DNA of 31,888 nt from a virus (taxonomy: Duplodnaviria; Caudoviricetes), in the IMG/VR virus record IMGVR_UViG_3300037743_000407, positions 1 through 31,888 of that record; one strand, 5' to 3'. Below are positions 24,346-31,888 of this stretch, piece by piece. The notes beneath the pieces are model-generated. The model ran no database searches. It was not told where the DNA came from and saw only the letters and a program-made list of their open reading frames with translations. Both the position numbers and the translations under genes were made by a program. Numbering within the stretch: the first letter of the stretch is position 1; every line of letters begins with the position of its first letter.

Positions 24346-24692
24346 CCGGCATCGGGCGCGTCGACTGGTACGGCGATCGCATCGTGGGCCTCGTCCACGA
24401 CCACGCCGCCGAGGTGCTGGGCGACGCCGGCGAGTTCCTGCTCGAGGAAGCCAACCAGACGGTGCCGATCGAGGAGGGCAACCTGGCGCGCTCCGGCTCG
24501 GTCGACGTCGACCGCGGCGAGTTGGCGGCCACGGTGAGCTACGACACGCCGTACGCCGTGCGCCTGCACGAGAACCCGCAGTACCACTTCCAGCACGGCC
24601 GCCGCGGCAAGTGGCTGCAGCTCACCCTGCCCGAGCAGCGGGCCCGCATCGAGCGCTTCCTGCGTGATCGCATGGAGGGCGCGTTCCGATGA
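24342..24692 (+). CDS. Neck protein (HK97 gp10-like/minor capsid)
   Basis: VPIEEGNLARSG, VSYDTPYAVRLHE, GRRGKWL. Confidence 0.8.
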   Translation: MTGIGRVDWYGDRIVGLVHDHAAEVLGDAGEFLLEEANQTVPIEEGNLARSGSVDVDRGELAATVSYDTPYAVRLHENPQYHFQHGRRGKWLQLTLPEQRARIERFLRDRMEGAFR

Positions 24693-25108
24693 TCGCCGAC
24701 CTCGTCGCCCAGGAGCTCCACGCGCGCGAGCTGGTCGACTACCGACCCGACGCCGCCGGCGGCGACTGCTTCCTCGATGACCTGCCGTCGGTGCCGGCCG
24801 CGGCGGTCGGGGTCTACGGCCGCGGCGGGCTGCCGGCCGATGCCGGCCTCGGCTATGACGAGCCATCCGTGCAGGTCGTGGTGCGCGGCGCGAGTGCCGA
24901 CCCGCGGCCGCCGCATGCCCGGGCACGTGCCATCTACGACGCCCTCCACGGGCTCCACCACCACGCGCTGCCGGGCGGGACGTTCCTGGTCAGCTGCGCG
25001 GCTGACCAGTCCGATCCGGTTCGCATCGGGCCCGACACCGACGGCCGCCACCAGTACGGCCTCAACTTCACGCTCGACGTTCGAGCCGCCACCCAGCACC
25101 GCGAGTAG
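24689..25108 (+). CDS. Tail terminator
   Basis: PSVQVVVRG, A.QS.P..IG.D..GR....NF. Confidence 0.8.
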   Translation: MIADLVAQELHARELVDYRPDAAGGDCFLDDLPSVPAAAVGVYGRGGLPADAGLGYDEPSVQVVVRGASADPRPPHARARAIYDALHGLHHHALPGGTFLVSCAADQSDPVRIGPDTDGRHQYGLNFTLDVRAATQHRE

Positions 25109-25122
25109 AGGAGAGCCGACCC

Positions 25123-25590
25123 ATGGCGGTCACCAAGTTCCTGAGCCGGGCGATGAAGTTCTACATCTCCACCGCGCCCGGCGTCGACACCATCGCCGGC
25201 ACCGCCGACGACACCTGGACCCAGATCAAGGGCCTCAACAGCCGCAGCCACTCGGACTCGAGCACCGACGCCGAGACGACCGGCGACGACTCCGACGGCG
25301 CGTCGGAGCACATGGTCGCCGAGCGCGCCGAGTCGTGGACGATCTCGGGGTTCAAGCTGCTCGACACCACCACCGGCGACCAGGACCCCGGCCAGGAGGC
25401 GGTCGAGGAGCTGGCGCGCGAGGTCGGGCCGGACAGCATCGGTCACATCAAGATCGAGTTCCCCGGCGGGGCGGCCGAGATCTTCCCGGCCAGCGCCAAG
25501 CTGACCAAGCCGGGCGGCGGCCACAACGACCCGGGCAACTGGGCGGTCACCCTGCGCAAGAGCGGCGTGACCACCTACGTCCCGGCGTAG
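25123..25590 (+). CDS. Major tail (tube) protein
   Basis: GAGGAG RBS; WTQIKGL, DPGQEAVE, GG.HND...W.VTL..SG. Confidence 0.85.
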   Translation: MAVTKFLSRAMKFYISTAPGVDTIAGTADDTWTQIKGLNSRSHSDSSTDAETTGDDSDGASEHMVAERAESWTISGFKLLDTTTGDQDPGQEAVEELAREVGPDSIGHIKIEFPGGAAEIFPASAKLTKPGGGHNDPGNWAVTLRKSGVTTYVPA

Positions 25591-25593
25591 GCG

Positions 25594-25974
25594 ATGGCCC
25601 CGCGCGTCGTCGACTTCGATGTTGCCCGCCGCGAGCGGAAGCGCGAGCCGGTCGTGCTGCGCATCGGCGGACGGGACTACACCCTGTCCGCCGGTGTGCC
25701 GGCCGGGCTGGCGCTCGACATGCTGCGCTACCGGGTGGCGGGCACCGACGATGTCGAGATCCCCGACGACGCGATCGGCACCATCGGCCGCCGCCTGTTC
25801 GGGCGCGAGAACTGGGAGGCCATCCTCGATGACGCCGGGCTCGAGCTGGGCGAGCTGCGCGATCTGATCGAGATGACCTTCCGCGCCCTCAACGGCGAGG
25901 ATGATGGCCCCCCAAACCGGGCGACGCGTCGGACGGCGCGCCGAGGTTCAGCTGGATCGAAGACTGGCGCCTGA
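25594..25974 (+). CDS. Tail assembly chaperone (gpG-like)
   Basis: Between tube and TMP; contains the slippery site. Confidence 0.8.
   Translation: MAPRVVDFDVARRERKREPVVLRIGGRDYTLSAGVPAGLALDMLRYRVAGTDDVEIPDDAIGTIGRRLFGRENWEAILDDAGLELGELRDLIEMTFRALNGEDDGPPNRATRRTARRGSAGSKTGA
25911..25917 (+). other. -1 programmed frameshift slippery heptamer C CCA AAC
   Basis: X XXY YYZ in the frame of the 25594 ORF; the -1 frame is open to 26222. Confidence 0.8.
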
Positions 25975-26222
25975 TCGAGGCCGACATGCAGGCCCACTAC
26001 GACCTCGATCTCGCCGATGAGGAGACGCTCGAGCGCATCAGCTGGCGCAGGCTGAACGTGCTGGTCGCCGGTCTGCCCCCCGACTCGGCGACCATGGCTG
26101 TCCTCCGTCAGCGCCGCAGGGTGGGCGACGTCGTCGCCGACGAGATCCTCGAGTCCGACGCCGAGGCCGACGAGTTCTGGCGGCAGCGGGCCCCGAAGCA
26201 TCTGCGCGGCGGGGTGCACTGA
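25917..26222 (+). CDS. Tail assembly chaperone frameshift extension (gpT-like)
   Basis: -1 frame reads ...WRLIEADMQAHYDLDL...ISWRRL.VLVAGLPPDS. Confidence 0.75.
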   Translation, partial: PGDASDGAPRFSWIEDWRLIEADMQAHYDLDLADEETLERISWRRLNVLVAGLPPDSATMAVLRQRRRVGDVVADEILESDAEADEFWRQRAPKHLRGGVH

Positions 26223-26310
26223 TGGCCGCCAGAGCTTTGTACACGACCGTTGAGGTGGTCACACCCCGCTCCGGGTGGAATGAGCCGTCCGCGCCGGCGA
26301 GGGCCGTCTG

Positions 26311-28461
26311 ATGGGGCTCAAGGTTGGCGAGCTTTTCGCGAGCCTGCGCCTCGACGACAAGGACTTCGACCGCGGCGTCGACAAGGCGGGTAGCCGCTTC
26401 GGTGGCCTGGCCGCCGGCGTGGCCAAGGGCGGGCTGATCATCGGCGGCGCGCTGGCCGGCATCGGCGTCGCCAGCGGCGTCATGGCCGCCGGCTTCGAGA
26501 CCGACATGGCCAACGTCGGCACCCTGCTCGGCAAGGACGGCGTGCAGCGCGTCGAGGAGCTCGGGCAGTCGGTCAAGGGCCTGTCGATGGAGACCGGCAA
26601 GCCGCTCGACGACCTGGCCGGCGGGCTGTACCAGGTGGTGTCGGCCTTCGGCGACACCGCCGAGAGCGCCGAGATCCTGCGCATCGCCGCCCAGAGCTCG
26701 ACCGCCGGCCTCGCCACCACCACCGACTCGGTCAACCTGCTGAGCGCGGTCACCAAGGGCTACGGCGACACCTCGGCCACCGCCGTGCGCAAGGCGTCCG
26801 ACCTCGCCTTCCAGACGGTGAAGCTGGGTCAGACCACCTTCCCCGAGCTGGCGGCCTCGATGGGCCAGGTCATCCCGCTGGCCGCCACCCTGGGCGTCAA
26901 GGAGGAGGAGCTGTTCGGCGCCATGGCCACGCTGACCGGCGTGACCGGCAACACCGCGGCGGTCACCACCCAGCTGCGCGCGGCCAACCAGGCGCTCATC
27001 AACACCAACCCCAAGATGCTCGAGCAGCTCAAGGCCATCGGCTTCGCCAACGGCGAGGCGGCCATCGAGAGCCTCGGCTTCCAGGGCACGCTCGACGCGC
27101 TGGCCGGCAGCGTCGACGGCGACTCCAAGAAGCTGGCCGAGATGTTCGGATCGGTCGAGGCGCTCGGCGCGGTGCTGGCGCTGACCGGCGCGCAGAGCGC
27201 CGACTTCACCAAGAAGACGGCCGCCATGGGCCAGGCGACCGGTGCCACGTCCGAAGCGTTCGAGATCCAGCAGGGGACCGTCTCGTCGATGATGGAGCGG
27301 GTGACGGCCGCCGCTGGCGTCCTCATGGTCAACCTCGGCGAGAAGCTGTTGCCCATGTTCCAGTCGATCCTGCAGTGGGTGCTCGACAACTGGGACGACA
27401 TCGCCGCGGTCTTCGACGAGGTGTTCGCGACTGTCGGCGACGTGATCACCTGGTTCGTCGACAACGTCTGGCCCATGCTGCTCAACAACTTCACGTTCCT
27501 CGTCGAGGAGGTCATTCCGCCGCTGGTGGCCGCCATCATGTGGCTGGCCGAGGAGATCATCCCCGCCCTGGCCGGCACGGTGACCGAGACTGCCGAGGGC
27601 GTGATGCCGATGCTGGCCGCGGCGTTCAGCTTCATCGCCGAGGAGATCATCCCGCTGCTGGCGGCGGCCTTCACCTTCATCGCAGAGGAGATCCTCCCCC
27701 GCCTGCAGGCAGTGTTCGCCGCGGTGGTCGAGTGGATCGTCGCCAACTGGCCGAACATCAGCTCGATCGTCGGCCAGGTGGCCGGCGCGGTGGGCACTGC
27801 CTTCGGACTCATCGCCGGCGTGATCGAGGCGGTGTGGCCGATCATCGAGGCCATCGCCTCGGTTCTGTTCCCGGTGGTCGGCGCCGCGGCGACCATCCTG
27901 CTGGCGGCCCTCGAGACGACGTTCAACGCCATCGGCGGCGTGTTCGAGGTGGTCGGCGGCACCGCGCGCCACGTGTTCACCGCCATGACCCGCCTATGGG
28001 GCGGGCTGAGCGGCTTCTTCGAGGGCATCTGGTCCGGCGTGGGTGGCGCGTTCAAGGGCGGCATCAACGTGGTCATCGGGCTGGTCAACGGGCTGATCGG
28101 CTTCCTGAACAACCTGCGGATCGACATCCCGCGGGTGACCATTCCCGGCACCGACATCGGCATCGGCGGCGGGTCGATCGACCCGTTCAACATCGGGCGC
28201 ATCCCGTACCTGGCCAAGGGCGGCCGGATCCTGCGCGACGGGCTGGCCATCGTCGGCGACGAGGGGCCAGAGCTGATGCACATGCGCGCCGGCGCCGAGG
28301 TCGTGCCGCTCGACCGCGCCGGCGGTGGTGGCAACGTGACGGTGCAGATGACCGTCCAGCCGCGGGCGGCCGTCGATGCCTACGACATCGGCCTCGAGGC
28401 GCGCCGCGCGGTTCGCCTCGGCCTGCGGCGACGAGCGTCGCTGCGTGGGGCGCCGGCATGA
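26311..28461 (+). CDS. Tail tape measure protein (TP901-family-like)
   Basis: KVGELFASL.LDD, TVKLGQTTF.ELA.SMG.V, amphipathic IAEEIIP repeats, IPYLAKGG...VGDEGPE. Confidence 0.93.
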   Translation: MGLKVGELFASLRLDDKDFDRGVDKAGSRFGGLAAGVAKGGLIIGGALAGIGVASGVMAAGFETDMANVGTLLGKDGVQRVEELGQSVKGLSMETGKPLDDLAGGLYQVVSAFGDTAESAEILRIAAQSSTAGLATTTDSVNLLSAVTKGYGDTSATAVRKASDLAFQTVKLGQTTFPELAASMGQVIPLAATLGVKEEELFGAMATLTGVTGNTAAVTTQLRAANQALINTNPKMLEQLKAIGFANGEAAIESLGFQGTLDALAGSVDGDSKKLAEMFGSVEALGAVLALTGAQSADFTKKTAAMGQATGATSEAFEIQQGTVSSMMERVTAAAGVLMVNLGEKLLPMFQSILQWVLDNWDDIAAVFDEVFATVGDVITWFVDNVWPMLLNNFTFLVEEVIPPLVAAIMWLAEEIIPALAGTVTETAEGVMPMLAAAFSFIAEEIIPLLAAAFTFIAEEILPRLQAVFAAVVEWIVANWPNISSIVGQVAGAVGTAFGLIAGVIEAVWPIIEAIASVLFPVVGAAATILLAALETTFNAIGGVFEVVGGTARHVFTAMTRLWGGLSGFFEGIWSGVGGAFKGGINVVIGLVNGLIGFLNNLRIDIPRVTIPGTDIGIGGGSIDPFNIGRIPYLAKGGRILRDGLAIVGDEGPELMHMRAGAEVVPLDRAGGGGNVTVQMTVQPRAAVDAYDIGLEARRAVRLGLRRRASLRGAPA

Positions 28462-29321
28462 GCCTCATCGTCGAGGGCCTGCAGCTGCACGACCGCCCGG
28501 GCGGCGTGTACTTCGACATGCTGACCGGCCGCCACGAGCTGCCGGCGTCGCGCTTCGCGACCTCGATGATCCCGTTCTGGGCCGGCCAGCGCCAGGACGT
28601 CTCGCTGGCTGACCGCCGCCGGATCGAGCTCGAGAGCCGCGTGCTGGCCATCCCCAACGCCGCAGCGCACCAGGCCTGGATCGACGATTTCAAGCGCCGC
28701 CTGGACCCGTCGCGATCGACGCCGGTCCTGATCCGTGACACCCTGCCGTCGGGGCTCGAGCGCTTCGGCTGGGCGTGGCCGCGGGCGCTCGACGTCGAGC
28801 GCGTCGGCGGCCGCACGGCGACCCCGATGCACGCCGCCTCGGTGGCACTCGAGGGGCTGGACCCGTTCTGGTATTCGCCGTACGGCGCGCTCGCGCTCGA
28901 TGACGACGTCGTCCTCGACGACGACGAGCTGCTCGACGCGGGCGGCGAGATCGTCGTCACCTCACCGATCACCGAGATCACCTTCGATGCCGGCGGCTCG
29001 GCCGAGGTGCAGCGCGTCCGGGTCCGCTTCGTCGGAGCCTCGAGCGCCGGCGTCGGAATCGAGAACCTGACGACGCCCGAGCTCGTCGGCTTCACCTCGA
29101 CCGAGGTCCTGGCCGGCGGCGATCGGATCACGGTCGACAACTTCCGGCGTCGCGCGCATCGCGACCTGGGCGCCGGGCTGGGCAGCATCCGGGCATCGAT
29201 GACGATGCGCGATGGCAACCGCCACGGCGAGTATCTGCGCCTGCTGCCGGGCTCCAACACGCTGCGCGTCCTCGGCGCGCCGGCCGAGGCCCGCATCTCG
29301 TTCTTCCGCACCTGGCTATGA
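28458..29321 (+). CDS. Distal tail protein (Dit-like)
   Basis: ATGA-coupled to the TMP; DPFWY and LLPGSNTL motifs. Confidence 0.75.
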   Translation: MSLIVEGLQLHDRPGGVYFDMLTGRHELPASRFATSMIPFWAGQRQDVSLADRRRIELESRVLAIPNAAAHQAWIDDFKRRLDPSRSTPVLIRDTLPSGLERFGWAWPRALDVERVGGRTATPMHAASVALEGLDPFWYSPYGALALDDDVVLDDDELLDAGGEIVVTSPITEITFDAGGSAEVQRVRVRFVGASSAGVGIENLTTPELVGFTSTEVLAGGDRITVDNFRRRAHRDLGAGLGSIRASMTMRDGNRHGEYLRLLPGSNTLRVLGAPAEARISFFRTWL

Positions 29322-29331
29322 GGAGCCGACG

Positions 29332-31170
29332 ATGACCATCCTGACCCCGCACCCCTTCGGCGGCCCGGTGACGTCGGCCGCTTTCAACGACCGGCTGACC
29401 CAGGTGGCGGCCGCCATCGACGCGGTGCTGGCGGCCGGCGTGGTCGAGACCTCAACGTCGCTTGACAGCCAGGCGCTCAGTGGGCAGGCGGTGCTCGACG
29501 TCGTCGACGAGACCGGCTTCCTGGTCGGCGACTCGGTCTTCGTCGGCGCGCCGGGCTCCGGGCTGCAGGAGAGCGGCACGCTCGCCAGCCTGGCGCCGCT
29601 GACACTCGACGCCAACCTCGCCAACACCCACGCCGCGGGCTCGCCGGTCAGTCGCTCCCCCGCCGAGCTGGTGCTGGCGCGCTCGATCCACGCCACTCTC
29701 GGCGAGCGCCTCGACGCCATCAACCGCGGCCGCAGCTACCCGCTCGGCGCCGCGGCCGACGGCGTGACCAACGACCACGGCGCGCTGCAGGCGGCCGCCG
29801 ACCTGGCCGGCGCCGACGGCATCTTCGCCGCGCCGCCGGGCGACTACTACATCGGCAGCTCGACGCTCGAGATCCACGGTGCCTGCGAGCTCGCCGGCGT
29901 GGTCATCCACTACGACGGCACCGGCGTCGCGCTGCGCGTCCGCAACGGGGCGGGCGCCACCCGCATCGACCGCAAGCGCCTCGTCCTGCCCGCCGTCACC
30001 AAGGACTCGCCGGATGCCGTGCTCGGCCGATCGCCGGCGCTGATCGGCATCCAGGTGTGGAACACGCAGACCTGTGACATCTACGTGCCGCTGGTCAGCA
30101 ACTTCGGGCTCGGACTCTACCTGACCGGTGACGGCGCGGGGAATGTCTACAACAGCTACTTCCTCGGGCACCTCAACAACAACCTGCGCGCCATCGAGAT
30201 CGTGCCGGGAGCCACGGGCGGCTGGGTCAACGAGAACACGTTCCTCGGCGGTCGATGCTCGATCAACTCCGGCGAGGGCGCGGCCATCACCGACTCGCGC
30301 TTCATCCGGCTGGTGGCGAGCTCCAACGACCCCAACAACAACCGCTTCGTCGGCGTGTCGCTCGAGGGCAACGGTCCGACCTTCACCGTCGAATGCTTCG
30401 GTTCGTACAACCAGTGGATCGGCTGCCGCTGGGAGGGCACCCCGTCGATCAAGTTCGATGGCGCCGACGCTCACTCGAACGTCATCGCCTATGGCTACGG
30501 CGCCACGGGCATCGTCTTCACCGAGGCCAACGGCGCACTGAAGAATCACGTTTTCAATCGCGCCCGGATCCAGGTCGAGGGCGAGGGTGGCGATGGGGTG
30601 TTCGTTGGGGCCAACGCGACCTCGAACAACAATCCGGTGTTCGCCACCCTGCCGGCCGGCGACGGCATCGGTGACGACGCCACGACCCGCTACGGATGGC
30701 GCGCCGGCCAGAGCCGCATGGAGGTGAAGGCCCTCGCTGACACCGGTCCGCGATTCCGGCTGACGCACGCCAGCGGCGACATGGATTGGGGGCCGGGCGA
30801 TGGGACGTTCGACGTGTTGCTTCGGCGGCTGGGAGCGAACGTCCTGCAGCTCAACGACGACCTCCGTGTGGCCGGCCTGATCGCCAACAAGACCAAGGCG
30901 GGCGCGTTCGTCGATGGTGACGCGCTGGGCGGCGCGGTCGACGGCATGATCGGGATCGACACCACCAATGACCGCATCTACTTCCGGCAGGGCGGAGTCT
31001 GGTCGTACGTCGCCAAGACCGCCGGTTTTCAGATCCCGGCCGACGAGCACGACTGTCCGAGCTGCGGCAAGCGGATGCGCAAGGGCCAGCGCGTGATCGG
31101 ACGCGTTGAGTCGACCATGGCCGACGGCGCGCTGCACGGGCTGTGGGAGCATCTCGAGTGTCCTGAATGA
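29332..31170 (+). CDS. Tailspike/receptor-binding protein with pectin-lyase-like beta-helix
   Basis: GAGGAG RBS; GAAADGVTNDHGALQAA...PPGDYYI entry motif; Asn-ladder repeats (NVYN, NENTF, NNNRF). Confidence 0.8.
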   Translation: MTILTPHPFGGPVTSAAFNDRLTQVAAAIDAVLAAGVVETSTSLDSQALSGQAVLDVVDETGFLVGDSVFVGAPGSGLQESGTLASLAPLTLDANLANTHAAGSPVSRSPAELVLARSIHATLGERLDAINRGRSYPLGAAADGVTNDHGALQAAADLAGADGIFAAPPGDYYIGSSTLEIHGACELAGVVIHYDGTGVALRVRNGAGATRIDRKRLVLPAVTKDSPDAVLGRSPALIGIQVWNTQTCDIYVPLVSNFGLGLYLTGDGAGNVYNSYFLGHLNNNLRAIEIVPGATGGWVNENTFLGGRCSINSGEGAAITDSRFIRLVASSNDPNNNRFVGVSLEGNGPTFTVECFGSYNQWIGCRWEGTPSIKFDGADAHSNVIAYGYGATGIVFTEANGALKNHVFNRARIQVEGEGGDGVFVGANATSNNNPVFATLPAGDGIGDDATTRYGWRAGQSRMEVKALADTGPRFRLTHASGDMDWGPGDGTFDVLLRRLGANVLQLNDDLRVAGLIANKTKAGAFVDGDALGGAVDGMIGIDTTNDRIYFRQGGVWSYVAKTAGFQIPADEHDCPSCGKRMRKGQRVIGRVESTMADGALHGLWEHLECPE

Positions 31171-31888
31171 GCCGCTACCGCGACTCGGTCCTGGCCACGC
31201 CCGGCCTGGTCGCCTATTGGCGGCTGGCCGACCTGCTCGACGCCGGCCCGGGAGGTCACGACCTGACGGCGGTCGGCGTGCCGCAGGCCGTCGACGGCCT
31301 GCTCACCGATGACCCGGACGGCGCGCAGCAGTTTCCCGGCGTCGACACCGATTACCTGCAGTCGCCGGCGCTGCCGGCGCTCGGGGCGGCGTTCACGCTC
31401 GCCGCGTGGATCACTCCCGGCGCCACGTCGTCCGGCGTGGTGCTCGGTCCCGGCACGTCGATCATCCGACCGTACCTGCGACACATCAATGACGACGTGC
31501 AGCTCGTGTGGCATGACTCGGGGGGCGTCAACCGCACCGTCACCAGCCCGACCGACGATGCCCCGCTGGGATCACCGGTCTTCGTGGTCGGCACCCACGA
31601 CGGCGTGACCGCGCGCATCTACGTCAACGGCACCGAACGCGCGACGGCGGCCTTCAACACGCTGGCGGTGGTGGGCTCGGCATGGCGGATCGGGCGCTGG
31701 GGCACGGCCGCGCTGCCGTTCAGCGGCGTCGTCGACGAGGTCGCCATCTTCGGGCGTGCCCTCGGCCCCGGTGAGATCGCGCATCTGTACCGCATCGGCA
31801 CCACCTATGCGCCGGCGGCCGCGCCCGAGGCGATCGAGGCCTGGGTCACCGAGCCCGACGGCACCTACATCGCCCACCTCGACCGCTC
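31167..31888 (+). CDS. LamG/concanavalin-like tail protein, 3'-truncated (absent from the ORF track)
   Basis: Hand-translated MSRYRDSVLATPGLVAYWRL...FTLAAWI...VVGTHDG..ARIYVNG...FSGVVDEVAIFGRAL; ATGA overlap. Confidence 0.85.
   Translation, partial: MSRYRDSVLATPGLVAYWRLADLLDAGPGGHDLTAVGVPQAVDGLLTDDPDGAQQFPGVDTDYLQSPALPALGAAFTLAAWITPGATSSGVVLGPGTSIIRPYLRHINDDVQLVWHDSGGVNRTVTSPTDDAPLGSPVFVVGTHDGVTARIYVNGTERATAAFNTLAVVGSAWRIGRWGTAALPFSGVVDEVAIFGRALGPGEIAHLYRIGTTYAPAAAPEAIEAWVTEPDGTYIAHLDR

Noticed and set aside
27480-27720. IAEEIIP repeats in the tape measure gene
   Set aside because: Normal amphipathic tape-measure periodicity.
26038-28334. 644-aa and 501-aa minus-strand ORFs opposite the tape measure gene
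   Set aside because: Antisense shadows produced by codon bias; no recognisable domains.
27375-28457. Long N-terminal extensions of Dit (likewise ParB from 8402, portal from 17961, tailspike from 29212)
   Set aside because: They overlap real upstream genes; RBS and coupling support the later starts.

Overview
A very GC-rich segment of a temperate, long-tailed (siphovirus-like) dsDNA phage. Every credible gene is on the + strand, and most are translationally coupled by ATGA/GTGA/TGATG overlaps. Early/replication block (1-12.5 kb): SSB, an Ala-rich 12-bp-repeat protein, a metallopeptidase, many small Zn-binding or membrane ORFs, a RecA-like ATPase followed by an origin-like repeat cluster, RusA and a ParB-like protein, ending in a large serine integrase. 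A putative late promoter then precedes membrane/lipoprotein/CAP genes and lysis genes (12.9-16.4 kb). These are followed by terminase, portal, minor capsid, a second copy of the promoter motif, scaffold, capsid, head-tail joining genes, tail tube, frameshifting tail chaperones, tape measure, Dit, a tailspike and a LamG tail protein (truncated). Main discovery: a symmetric 58-bp attP-like site inside the 3' end of the integrase gene. Its left arm reads, on the minus strand, like a tRNA 3' end. Integration would therefore rebuild a host tRNA, replace the integrase C-terminus and cut the downstream coupled ORF off from the early operon. Also seen: two parS-like palindromes inside genes, a duplicated promoter motif, a shared ~30-bp motif 22 kb apart, split sortase-like signals and a domain inserted into the capsid protein. 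No database searches were run; all family calls are motif recognition. The host is uncertain (Chloroflexota or Actinomycetota, by inference only).
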